A DNA stretch of 64,000 bases from Rhodothermales bacterium (GTDB lineage Bacteria > Bacteroidota > Rhodothermia > Rhodothermales > Bin80): positions 4,419 to 68,418 of the forward strand of contig JAJEFL010000126.1 in assembly GCA_022820435.1 (NCBI GenBank), written 5' to 3'. Below are positions 28,269 through 38,145 of this stretch, one piece after another. Below the pieces are notes generated by a model. The model saw nothing but the letters and a program-made list of their open reading frames with translations. It had not been told where the DNA came from and did no database searches. Each line of letters starts with the position of its first letter. Within the stretch, counting starts at the first letter, position 1. Position numbers and translations under genes: made by a program.

Positions 28269-29720
28269 TCACACACGGTTCTGTGTCTCAACAGATGAGG
28301 GATTAAGCTGATTTGATGATCGCTCACCTGAACCGGCAGCCAATCCGGCAGCAATTGCAATCACGAACAAGTAATTTTTCAGAAAAAACGGATTCTGTGT
28401 TAACGTAGAAATTGTTAATGCGATCAGTGGAACGGCGCCCGCCAAGCCAGCTAAGCGGGTCCAGCGTTCAGCAGTATTACTCCGGTACGCACGCAGTCCA
28501 AGTTTTATGGTTGAGTACCAGAAGTACAGGACAAGCCCCAATCCCCAAATGCCATATTTGTACCAGAGCCCGATATACCCATTATGCACAAATGAATCCG
28601 TATCTGTAGATTGATGAACGATATCATAAAACAGATAGGAAACGCCAGGCCCATATCCGATCAGAGGATTTACTACAGTTTTTTCAAAAACTGCCTGGGT
28701 CTCACGGAACCGGTTTACGAGAGACAGGTCTTGCGTAAATGACGTAGCAATTGTACTAAAACGTTCCGTAATTCCTTCAATAATCACATTCAGGAATGGA
28801 CCTAGCAGGATATATCCAACCCCAAGAATCAAAACACTAAGAATTGCACCTGTCGTAAGTATTTTGATTCGCTCAGATGTCTGGACCAGTAGGATAAGGG
28901 CTAGTACACCAAGCAAGAAAGCTAGCCAGAATCCACGCGCCTGCGTCATGATCAATCCAGCGAATGTAAATGCCAGTGCACTTGCGGAAAGTAGCAATGA
29001 AACAGGACCTCGGGCATAGATCAAAAGGGTCAGATTCATCAAAGAACCAATCATGAGCAGACAATCATTCACGACAACTCTGGATCCCGATACATGCCAC
29101 AGCGCCGTGGCATTTGATAAGTCCGACGCATACTCGATTGTATTTATAATAGCAACCACAACACTCATGATGACCACCATAATGAGGATAATCTTTGGGC
29201 CTGCTTGATGATGAACGACCGTATATTTGACTGGAAAGTAGATCAGCAACATAGAGAGTGAGATCAACTCGCTGAATGCGACCAGAAAATCCCCTTGGAA
29301 GAGTGTTGTAAGAATCAAGGTTGCAGGAAGCATACCCAAGAATAGGGCTATCGCATAATCTGACTTCTTGGTGAGGATCTTTGTCGGTTCTAAAATTTTG
29401 TGCTGTAGAAACCACATCAAAAGAACTGCATAAAGGTAGACTGCGTAGGCGATTTCGATCATCTGGAATCCTTCTTCATTTGAAGATATCAGTACAAATC
29501 CCAGAATGACTAACATCAGATTCAGGAGGGGGTTTATGAAGAAAAATCCAACTGCGATAATTCCTAGGGTGGTTGCAGGTAGTGCGATTAAATACAGGAC
29601 AGATCCGGTACTGGCGAGGGCGAAGGTCATCCCCAGGCTTAAAACGAGCCCGGCAATGATCAAGGCATTTCCAGTCTGGTAAATCCTCGGCGGAGAGGAG
29701 AGAATTCCAACTTGTTCCAT
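28269..29720 (-). CDS. O-antigen polymerase/ligase family membrane protein (Wzy-like)
   Basis: 483 aa with at least 10 hydrophobic helices and a larger loop (QARGFWLAFLLG) typical of the Wzy_C/O-antigen ligase family. Confidence 0.7.
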   Translation of the reverse strand: MEQVGILSSPPRIYQTGNALIIAGLVLSLGMTFALASTGSVLYLIALPATTLGIIAVGFFFINPLLNLMLVILGFVLISSNEEGFQMIEIAYAVYLYAVLLMWFLQHKILEPTKILTKKSDYAIALFLGMLPATLILTTLFQGDFLVAFSELISLSMLLIYFPVKYTVVHHQAGPKIILIMVVIMSVVVAIINTIEYASDLSNATALWHVSGSRVVVNDCLLMIGSLMNLTLLIYARGPVSLLLSASALAFTFAGLIMTQARGFWLAFLLGVLALILLVQTSERIKILTTGAILSVLILGVGYILLGPFLNVIIEGITERFSTIATSFTQDLSLVNRFRETQAVFEKTVVNPLIGYGPGVSYLFYDIVHQSTDTDSFVHNGYIGLWYKYGIWGLGLVLYFWYSTIKLGLRAYRSNTAERWTRLAGLAGAVPLIALTISTLTQNPFFLKNYLFVIAIAAGLAAGSGERSSNQLNPSSVETQNRV

Positions 29721-29755
29721 GACCTGCTCCAGTTCAAGTTTCGAGCTGAAACTCC

Positions 29756-30922
29756 TTATACTGCTGCTCCATCTGGAGACAACTTTGATGCAATCAGAGC
29801 ATAATTACGTTTCCACCAGGCACTGATAAGCACGTAAAGCACTGATAGAAGAAAGCCTGAGAATGTACTGACGACACAAATCGCAGCACGCCAGGGGCGG
29901 GCTTTCTCGGTAGGCGGAATGGCAGGATCAAGCACCTGCACAGATTTTGCTGCACGCTCCTCAGTCAGTTGTGCTTCTTCCAGTACCGGACGTGCAAACT
30001 CCATGAGGGTGGTCAGGATAACCGCTTCCTTTTCCAACTCGGCAAATTTTAATGCCACTCCCGGAAGACTGTCCTGAGATACGGGCATGAGTCGCTCCTG
30101 GCCTTCCAAAGCCTGATCATAGGATTCTCTTGCCTGCGCGACTGCCTGTTGAGCGGCACGCGTCTGGGAATGGTCGGGGCCATAAAGAAACAGCAGTTTG
30201 TCGAATTCGAGTTCAGCAAGAAAGATCTGGGATCGCCAATCTGTCAATCCGTCCATAAATGCAGCACCCTGTGCAGGCAGATCCAATACGCCTGTCTTCT
30301 CCTGGAGTGTACGGATTGCGGATAGTACCGTACTGAGGCTGTCTTCCATATCCTGATAGCGTTTCTCGACCGTTTGGCGATAGGATCTGGCCGTTTCTGT
30401 TGAGAGATCTATTCCCGTCTGGTTCAATTTTGAAACAAAAAAGTTCGCTATATCGGCAGCTCGCTGTGGCTCTTTATCATAAACTTGGATAGCAAGGTAG
30501 TTGTATTCATTGTCTACGACAAATTCAGTGTTTGCCGTCAACTCCTGAATCGCATTGTTCATTGGGGATTCACTGTCCGCAAGATCATACACATGAATAA
30601 GATCAAATTCTTCAACGACACCCTGTCTTACGGTGCGGCTGTTCAGGATGGCCAGTTCCTGCTGGTAGTCACTGACCAGTCCTCCCAGAAGTGAGGATGC
30701 ACTACTTCCGATACGTCCGCCGATCATGCTGGAAAGCAGACCGGAAGAGGTTTGTCCAGGAATCAGCAGACGTGTTTCTGCTAAATACCAGTTGGGCAGG
30801 AGAAGGCTGATGACTATCGCAGCGGCAGCGGTAAATCCCGTGACCCCAATCACCACCCATCGCCGGTGCAGGATCACTCGGATGACCGACCACACGATTT
30901 CAGTTGTGTTTGGATTGGTCAT
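29756..30922 (-). CDS. polysaccharide chain-length determinant (Wzz/GumC-like), no kinase domain
   Basis: The start was taken at MTNPNTTEIVW, an ATGA overlap with the upstream gene. It has an N-terminal TM, a long coiled periplasmic region and a C-terminal TM. No Walker-type BY-kinase domain is present. Confidence 0.7.
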   Translation of the reverse strand: MTNPNTTEIVWSVIRVILHRRWVVIGVTGFTAAAAIVISLLLPNWYLAETRLLIPGQTSSGLLSSMIGGRIGSSASSLLGGLVSDYQQELAILNSRTVRQGVVEEFDLIHVYDLADSESPMNNAIQELTANTEFVVDNEYNYLAIQVYDKEPQRAADIANFFVSKLNQTGIDLSTETARSYRQTVEKRYQDMEDSLSTVLSAIRTLQEKTGVLDLPAQGAAFMDGLTDWRSQIFLAELEFDKLLFLYGPDHSQTRAAQQAVAQARESYDQALEGQERLMPVSQDSLPGVALKFAELEKEAVILTTLMEFARPVLEEAQLTEERAAKSVQVLDPAIPPTEKARPWRAAICVVSTFSGFLLSVLYVLISAWWKRNYALIASKLSPDGAAV

Positions 30923-32646
30923 CGCAGTACTAAAATCAGGATGGCAGTTACAATCGTTGATAGACCGGAAAAGAGGATTTGAAACTTGCTTTGTACTTGC
31001 TGTGTACGTGCTTGACGTTTCATCACCGTCAGTTCCTCCATCCAATCTACGAAAATTGTGTCCCCAGGATGGATGGGCTCATCAAGGCCTGTACGAATGC
31101 CATCACTGCTTCCGTTGAAAATATAGACCTTTTCTGCATCAGGGCCCAAGCCTCCGGCACGTTCCACATAATGACGTGCAGGCATCCCGGCTAAGAAGGT
31201 CACATATCCCGGCTTCGGGACATGCCCGGAAATCAGGATGGTTCCCTCGTCACGCGGGAAGATGAGCCGGTCTCCGTCGTAGAGTGTAATATCCCTGCTC
31301 CTTCCGGCTAGTATACCGGTGATATCGACTGCCATATAATTACCGACTTCTCCAGAATAGGATTTTTGGAATCCTTCGCTAAATGACTGAATCGCCTGCT
31401 TGCCGCGAAGGGGCATGGGAGATTGATTGGATAAAGGTATTTCGGGGCCATCAATGAGTCTGTCGCTACTGGTGCGCTCCAGGATTGCTGCATTTAGGTT
31501 GGCACCTTCCTTGAGCCCGCCCGCAACGTTAACCAGTTGATTTAAGGTGGTTACTCCACCTTCTATACGATATTCTCCTGGATAGGTAACCCATCCCTCA
31601 ATACTGGCTGTGGCGGTTTCGCGTTCATATATGGTGATATGGTCGCCGGGCATCAGTTGCTCTGCGGCAATGGTTCCCTCCACCAAACTACCGATGTTGT
31701 GATCAAGTAATGTGCGGTAATGGCCATCATTCCACCGCATTATTCGAAACTGGACGGTTGAATCAGGTGGTTGCCCGCCTGTTGCAAGATCCAGAACACT
31801 CAGCACAGTATCATCGGGGCGCCAGTCATACAATCCAGGCCAGGCTACATCGCCAGATACACGGATCCCTTCACGGACAATGTGGTAGGCGGGGACATTA
31901 ATACGATCCCCATCTTGCAAGACAGGATTATGATCTATCCTGCCGGTTGTTTGGTAGCGGGTAAGATCCACCAGATCTTCGGTTCCATCCGTGTGTTGTA
32001 CTTGAATATTCCGGAGTGATGGCCGGTATGTATCGTTGATCTCTGGCGGGAAGCCATGTTCCGGTGTTGCAAAGTCAACCTTAATATCATCTGTTGTTTG
32101 TCTTGCAGTAAGGATTCCGGATGACAGGGCCTGTTCAATAACATCGCTAACACGTGAACGGGGGAGCATGAGGTAGCGTCCAGTTCGGGTCACGGTGCCG
32201 GTAACATGAACATAAAAACTTCGCGCCTGGGCTAATGAGATACTTACAGGTGCATTAACATAGCGGGACTCAAGCAGTGCAATGGCTTCCTGTTCCACCT
32301 CTGCAAGAGATTTTCCGCCGGCCTGAACTACTGCGCCCTCGGGCAGTGGGAGAACACCGGCGACGGATACGGTTAAAGGAAGTTCAACAGGAATTGCCCC
32401 CCCGATCATTACATTAAAGATGTCGCCCGGTCCAACAATATAGTCGTTTGGATTGATGGAACCCTCTAATGCAAGAAAGCCGGACTGCACAATCCGTGCA
32501 GTCATAGCATTGCGCAATTCTGTTTGGGGATCATCCGGAACTGTACCGAGGACCTCATTATTAGAGATCTGGGCACTGGCCGCGGGCATCCGCAAGGGGA
32601 GCAGTAAAGCCGCAGCTATACAAGCAACTAACCTAAACATCGGCAA
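30919..32646 (-). CDS. polysaccharide export protein with repeated SLBB domains (Wza-like)
   Basis: Signal peptide MPMFRLVACIAAALLLPLRMPAASAQ, a Y.VGPGD export motif (DYIVGPGDIF) and several GD.I.VP-type SLBB repeats. Confidence 0.75.
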   Translation of the reverse strand: MPMFRLVACIAAALLLPLRMPAASAQISNNEVLGTVPDDPQTELRNAMTARIVQSGFLALEGSINPNDYIVGPGDIFNVMIGGAIPVELPLTVSVAGVLPLPEGAVVQAGGKSLAEVEQEAIALLESRYVNAPVSISLAQARSFYVHVTGTVTRTGRYLMLPRSRVSDVIEQALSSGILTARQTTDDIKVDFATPEHGFPPEINDTYRPSLRNIQVQHTDGTEDLVDLTRYQTTGRIDHNPVLQDGDRINVPAYHIVREGIRVSGDVAWPGLYDWRPDDTVLSVLDLATGGQPPDSTVQFRIMRWNDGHYRTLLDHNIGSLVEGTIAAEQLMPGDHITIYERETATASIEGWVTYPGEYRIEGGVTTLNQLVNVAGGLKEGANLNAAILERTSSDRLIDGPEIPLSNQSPMPLRGKQAIQSFSEGFQKSYSGEVGNYMAVDITGILAGRSRDITLYDGDRLIFPRDEGTILISGHVPKPGYVTFLAGMPARHYVERAGGLGPDAEKVYIFNGSSDGIRTGLDEPIHPGDTIFVDWMEELTVMKRQARTQQVQSKFQILFSGLSTIVTAILILVLR

Positions 32647-32919
32647 AAGAAGTTATACAATAAATGGAAATGGATACGGAGTAGCCGATGCAGCGATATT
32701 TTCGTCGAAATTTGAGCGTCAAACGGTCTGTAGTCCTCTATGTTCCCAAACAAATTCTGAGTCTCCCGTGTTTATGTTTTTGAGGGTTCAAAGAATGACA
32801 TACGAATACAGATTAAGGTCGTAAACCCGGATTCTTCCGGTAGATTCGAGAGTATACGGATCTAGTCTGTGAAACGGACATGGAAGCTTCTCTGCTTCTG
32901 AATTGGGGTTCAATTGAGA

Positions 32920-33786
32920 ATGTTAGACGCAAAATTAATGTTAGGACAGGTGCTATCTGAACGGGCTTCAGCCAAAATCAATCTTGGGCTTCACATTATA
33001 CGCAGACGGCAGGACGGATACCACGATCTGGCAACAGTGTTTCATTCAATTGGATGGGCGGATAAGATCACGATATGTTCCGCGGAAGAAATCAGCATGA
33101 CCTGCACAGACGGAACGCTTTCATGTGGAGAGGATAATTTGGTGATTCGTGCTGCGAGACTTTTGCGGAAGATTGCAGATATAGATTATGGCGCGTCCTT
33201 CCATCTAGAGAAACTACTTCCGCACGGCGCGGGACTCGGGGGCGGATCCAGTGATGCTGCGACGGTGCTTCGAATGCTGTATAAACTCTGGGAGTTGGAG
33301 CAGAACGCCCGCCCACTGGATGCACTCGCACTGCAACTTGGTTCAGATGTACCGTTCTTTTTGCATGGAGGCACCGCCTATGCGGAGGGGAGAGGGGAAC
33401 GGCTGACTCCCATGAACGGGTATGTATTTCCATTTCATTTAGCGGTCATTGTGCCGAATATTCAGATTTCTACGGCATGGGCATTCCGGCAGTTAGATGT
33501 ATCCGGAGCGAATCGAATAAACCTCATAGAGGTGGTGCAATCCAATGATCTGGATCGCTGGATGCATGAGTTGGAGAATGATTTTGAGGGGCCGATATTT
33601 TCAAAATGGCCCGAAATAGAGGAAATCAAGTCCTCGCTGCTGCGCAGTGGAGCAGGGTTTGCATCTCTTACCGGGTCAGGTTCAGGAGTCTATGGTATAT
33701 TTGAGCATGAGGAAGATGCGAAGCAGGCGGCAGCAGAAGCTGCGGCAAAGGGATATGTGGTCTGGCCTGCCCAAGACGGGAGATGA
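32920..33786 (+). CDS. ispE: 4-(cytidine 5'-diphospho)-2-C-methyl-D-erythritol kinase
   Basis: AKINLGLHI and the GHMP kinase motif PHGAGLGGGSSDAA. The track ORF begins at TTG 32914; the ATG is at 32920. Confidence 0.9.
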   Translation: MLDAKLMLGQVLSERASAKINLGLHIIRRRQDGYHDLATVFHSIGWADKITICSAEEISMTCTDGTLSCGEDNLVIRAARLLRKIADIDYGASFHLEKLLPHGAGLGGGSSDAATVLRMLYKLWELEQNARPLDALALQLGSDVPFFLHGGTAYAEGRGERLTPMNGYVFPFHLAVIVPNIQISTAWAFRQLDVSGANRINLIEVVQSNDLDRWMHELENDFEGPIFSKWPEIEEIKSSLLRSGAGFASLTGSGSGVYGIFEHEEDAKQAAAEAAAKGYVVWPAQDGR

Positions 33787-34457
33787 TCAGTATCTCAAAC
33801 CATGCATGCAAACCACGGAAGCCATGGCCGCGAAACCGGGAGCATAGATGTGACTTCGGGAATCAGGGTAACGCGGGTTGGTAAGGTGGTCGCATGTACT
33901 GAAATCCGTCTTACCAGCAGGATTCAGGGATAGGTGGATGCAGGTATCCCTGGAGGTAGTGGCTTAATCCTGTTCAAGTCGACAACTAGAGGCAAAAATA
34001 GTCCGCCGGTATAGCAGATTCATGTCGGATGAGAAAAGAATCAACCGGCAGCTGCAGACAACATGGTTTCCCCAAGACAAAATCGGCACAGTCACATGCC
34101 AACCAGTGTACCGTTCCCAGGCAATCCTGTCCTGACTCTGACGGTTTGACAGCCGTCTATCGATGAAAACCTCCATTTCCAGTCTCTATAGACGGATGTT
34201 TTGTTTTTGTCCGTTTGAAGTATTCACTTTCATCGGGAATCCTGTTCTGCACATCTCCATTTGGTGGGTGACCGTTGAAATCAGGATCCTGTCTGCATCA
34301 TCCGCGGTGGGGACCAAAGGGTAGGAATTTCGAAATAGAGGTTTGACTTTTGGAATTCGTGCAATCGCCCTGAGCACGCACGAATAAAATTCCTATCTTT
34401 ACGGTATGAGAAATTTCAAGCAGGAAGCGAGTTGGAATCTGAAACAGAAACGGAGCG

Positions 34458-35609
34458 ATGATGAGCGCCGTCCCGGTTAAGCCAAAACTACTGATCTGGG
34501 CATGTGAACGTGCAGGAATCACGCAGGATGCCCTTGCAGTAAGATTTAAAAAGCTGCCCAAATGGGAACAGGGCAGTGCACGCCCCACCTTTAAGCAACT
34601 TGAGGCATTCGCCCGGGCTGTTCGTGTGCCATTTGGGCACCTGTTCCTTGATTCGCCTCCAGAGGAACGGCTTCCAATTCCAGATTTCCGAACTGTGCCG
34701 GAGAAGGAAAAAAGGGGGGATATGAGTCCAGATCTGATGGATACCATTCATGCGATGCTGCGGAGGCAGAGGTGGCTGCATGAATATCTTATTGGCCAGA
34801 AGGTTGAGCCGCTCTTCTTTGCAGGGAGTGCCCATCTGACCGATCCCCCTGATATGGTGGGGCGTGAAATGCGAAAAATCGTCGGCATGGGTGATGGGTG
34901 GGCGGCAACGGTGGCGAATCAGGATGTTGCAGTGAATCAGTTACGACGAATGATTGAGAAGATCGGTGTAATGGCAGTGATTAATGGTGTCGTAGGAAAT
35001 AATACGCACCGCCAACTAAAGGTAGAGGAATTTCGCGGCTTTGCACTTGCAGATCCCTATGCACCCTTGATATTCGTAAACGGTAGAGATGCAAAATCTG
35101 CTCAAATGTTTACACTTGCTCACGAACTGGCGCATATCTGGTTAGGGGAAGAGGGAATTTCCGGTTTTGAACATCTACTTCCAGATAGTAAGGGCATAGA
35201 AGCTTGGTGTAATCAGGCAGCTGCGGAGTTTCTTATGCCATCGTACGAGTTTTACAGGAAATGGAGGCAATTCAGACAGGAAAGAGTGCCTTATGAACCG
35301 TTAAAACAATTTTTCAAAGTGAGTCCAGTGGCGATAGCCCGCAGAGCGATGGACCTGGATCTTATTGATCGTGATCAATTTTTGGTTTTCTACCATTCCC
35401 AAACCAAACAACAGGGTCAGAGGAAAAGGATGTCAGGCGGCGATTTTTACAATAACCAGAATGTGCGCGTTGGCAAGCATTTTGTCACTCATATAATAAA
35501 TGCTGCAAAGGGAGGAGAGATTGGATTTAAAGAGGCTTACGACTTGACTGGACTCTACGGAGGAACATTTCAAACCTATGCCGAACGATTGGGGATACGT
35601 ATCCGCTGA
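34458..35609 (+). CDS. XRE-type HTH plus ImmA/IrrE (COG2856) zinc metallopeptidase
   Basis: N-terminal HTH-like segment (ITQDALAVRFKKLPKWEQGSARPTFKQLEAFA) and the HELAHIWL HExxH motif. Confidence 0.85.
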   Translation: MMSAVPVKPKLLIWACERAGITQDALAVRFKKLPKWEQGSARPTFKQLEAFARAVRVPFGHLFLDSPPEERLPIPDFRTVPEKEKRGDMSPDLMDTIHAMLRRQRWLHEYLIGQKVEPLFFAGSAHLTDPPDMVGREMRKIVGMGDGWAATVANQDVAVNQLRRMIEKIGVMAVINGVVGNNTHRQLKVEEFRGFALADPYAPLIFVNGRDAKSAQMFTLAHELAHIWLGEEGISGFEHLLPDSKGIEAWCNQAAAEFLMPSYEFYRKWRQFRQERVPYEPLKQFFKVSPVAIARRAMDLDLIDRDQFLVFYHSQTKQQGQRKRMSGGDFYNNQNVRVGKHFVTHIINAAKGGEIGFKEAYDLTGLYGGTFQTYAERLGIRIR

Positions 35610-36133
35610 TGAAAGATCAATTCTACATTGTGGATGCTGATGTTCTTATAACAGCCAAAAACAGGTACGATGCTTTTGATCTATGCCCAGGATTCTGGGA
35701 AAGCCTGATCTATCACCATCAAGCAGGTCGGATATACAGTATTACCCCGGTTCGTACAGAAGTGCTTGCCGGTCGACAAACCGAAGATCTTGTCCAATGG
35801 ATCAAAGGGGAAGTCCCCCAGGAATTCTTTTGGATTGTAGATGCGGAGAATATAATGGGGGCCTATAATGAGATTATGGAATGGGTGACAGGGCACGAAC
35901 GATATCACGACGAGGCAAAGACTGCTTTTTCTTCCACTGCAGATGTCTGACTTGCGGCATTTGCAAGAGTACACAATGCTATAGTTGTGACGAACGAGCA
36001 GTCTTCCCCAAAATCCAGGCGAGCAGTTAAGTTGCCGGATGTCTGTAATAAGTTCAATGTTGAGTGGATAGATACGTTCATGATGCTTCGATCACTCGGA
36101 GTAGAGTTTGGCATGAAGAGGGATGATTCATGA
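35609..36133 (+). pseudogene. DUF4411 (PIN-like) protein gene interrupted by in-frame TGA at 35948-35950
   Basis: The 113-aa ORF ends TADV*. The same frame continues stop-free for 60 codons (LAAFARVHNAIVVTNEQSSPKSRRAVKLPDVCNKFNVEWIDTFMMLRSLGVEF), which looks like the conserved DUF4411 C-terminus. The start overlaps the ImmA stop (TGATG). Confidence 0.7.
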
Positions 36134-36235
36134 CGACCATATCGGGGGGAATTCAAAATCATACTGAAAAGTATCGTTTGCAGTATCTGCCGAGATGCTG
36201 TCAGTACGAAAAGTAATCCCATAATTATCATTTTC

Positions 36236-37981
36236 ATGACCCGCACAATTTTCCTGCTGTCTGCTGTGATGCTGTTCGCATCCTGCAATTCCGAGCATCC
36301 CCCGAATGTAATCATTATCCTGACAGATGATCAGGGCTGGGGGGATTTATCCATCAACGGCAATACTAGTATCCAGACACCGAATATCGACCAGATTGCT
36401 CATTCGGGGGCCAGGTTTGAGAATTTTTATGTGAGCCCGGTCTGCTCTCCAACTCGTGCAGAACTTTTAACAGGGCGATATCATCCCCGCTCCGGCGTGC
36501 ATGGAACCAGTGCGGGGGCTGAGCGCCTGGATACGGATGAGATCCTGCTCTCACAGGTCTTTCAGGATGCAGGCTATACGACAGGGATCTTTGGGAAATG
36601 GCACAACGGCCAGCAGGGGCCATATCATCCCAATCACCGTGGATTTGATCATTTTTACGGATTCCCCTCGGGGCATTGGGGGCATTATTATTCACCGCCT
36701 CTTGAGGAAAATGGCGAGTTGGTGCAGGGAAGCGGATATTTACCGGATGATTTGACGGAGTCCGCCATGGAGTTTATGCGTACGCATGCCGAATCGCCAT
36801 TCCTCGTTTTTTTGCCCTACAACACACCGCATTCCCCCATGCAGGTGCCCGATGAGTGGTGGGATCAGGTGTCCGAACTCCAGCAATCGCATCATTCTCC
36901 AGAACAGGAAGATCTCCTCCATACACGGGCGGCCCTCGCCATGATGCTCAATATTGACTGGAACGTAGGCCGGGTCATAACACTTCTAGATGAGTTGTCG
37001 ATCACCGAGGAGACGATTGTGCTCTATTTTTCGGACAACGGCCCGAACGGGGCACGGTGGAACGCCGGCATGAAAGGCAGGAAAGGATCTACGGACGAAG
37101 GAGGGGTTCGATCTCCACTTCTAATGCAGTGGCCAGGTGTGATTGCCGGGGGAATGGTCATTCTGGATATCACGGCTGCGATTGATCTGATGCCGACGTT
37201 GGCGGAACTCAGCAGTATTGAACTCAAGATCAGTGATCCACTGGACGGGATCAGTTTTGCTCCGCTCCTCCAAGGTGACCGTAATTCTATGCCGGATCGA
37301 ATTCTTTTTTCCCATTGGAGGGGACGCACGAGTGTCAGGACACAAACCCATCGTCTGGGCCACTTGGGAGGGCTGTTTAATATTGTCAATGATCGGGAGC
37401 AGCGCGTAGATTTAGCGTCTGAGTATCCTGAGATTGTGGATTCTCTGGAGGAAGCAAAGGCACGTTGGATTCGTGAAGTAGTCCCGGAATTCTATGAAAA
37501 GCGTCCCTTTACGGTTGGCTTTGAAGATGAAAAAATTACCTGGCTTCCTGTACGGGATGCGACGGCATCGGAAGGGATTCAGCGATCCAACCGGTACCCC
37601 AATGACAGCTTCCTGAGCAACTGGACGAGTCTCCAGGATTCTATTTTATGGGATGCAGAGGTTTTGACATCTGGAGAATACAAAGCGACCCTGTATTGTA
37701 CGACAGCAGAAGGGGATGAGGGGGCGCAGATTGATCTGAGCTTTGGTGACAGTTCACTGCAGGCCGCAATAGCGGATGCACATGATCCCCCCGAATACGG
37801 AATGAACGAGGATCGTGTGTCGCGGATTGAATCGTATGTGAAGGATTTTCGGTTACTCGTACTGGGGACAATCTCGCTTGAAGCGGGGCATCATCCTCTT
37901 GTTCTGCAGGCAGTCAGCATCCCGGGAAAGGCGGTTGCCGATGTCCGGCTTCTGCAACTGGAACGGATCGAAGAACTGTAG
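36236..37981 (+). CDS. arylsulfatase-family sulfatase (Cys-type)
   Basis: Signal peptide/lipobox (LLSAVMLFASC), the sulfatase signature CSPTRAELLTGR and GKWH. Confidence 0.9.
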   Translation: MTRTIFLLSAVMLFASCNSEHPPNVIIILTDDQGWGDLSINGNTSIQTPNIDQIAHSGARFENFYVSPVCSPTRAELLTGRYHPRSGVHGTSAGAERLDTDEILLSQVFQDAGYTTGIFGKWHNGQQGPYHPNHRGFDHFYGFPSGHWGHYYSPPLEENGELVQGSGYLPDDLTESAMEFMRTHAESPFLVFLPYNTPHSPMQVPDEWWDQVSELQQSHHSPEQEDLLHTRAALAMMLNIDWNVGRVITLLDELSITEETIVLYFSDNGPNGARWNAGMKGRKGSTDEGGVRSPLLMQWPGVIAGGMVILDITAAIDLMPTLAELSSIELKISDPLDGISFAPLLQGDRNSMPDRILFSHWRGRTSVRTQTHRLGHLGGLFNIVNDREQRVDLASEYPEIVDSLEEAKARWIREVVPEFYEKRPFTVGFEDEKITWLPVRDATASEGIQRSNRYPNDSFLSNWTSLQDSILWDAEVLTSGEYKATLYCTTAEGDEGAQIDLSFGDSSLQAAIADAHDPPEYGMNEDRVSRIESYVKDFRLLVLGTISLEAGHHPLVLQAVSIPGKAVADVRLLQLERIEEL

Positions 37982-37985
37982 GGTG

Positions 37986-38024
37986 CATGGAAACGATTCA
38001 GGGAATCTCCATGGTACCTTTTTT
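37986..38024 (+). terminator. putative intrinsic terminator after sulfatase gene
   Basis: Two-tier hairpin: CATGGA (37986-37991)/TCCATG (38008-38013) and GATTC (37995-37999)/GAATC (38003-38007). It is followed by a T6 run at 38019-38024. Confidence 0.5.
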
Positions 38025-38145
38025 CTGTTGTGGCCCGGGCAGTTACCGCCAGATCGTAAAGGCTTTCTGATCAGAATATGTGATTTCATCTCACAGACGG
38101 ATCCTGAGGAATCCTGCATAATGTCCAACAGGGAGATATAACCGG

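Noticed and set aside
35948-35950. TGA in the DUF4411 gene read as Trp (genetic code 4/25) or as selenocysteine.
   Set aside because: Many well-supported genes in the window terminate at TGA at the expected length (e.g. nadK, queE, folP), so TGA is a stop here. I saw no obvious SECIS-like hairpin just downstream, and the family position is Trp, not Cys.
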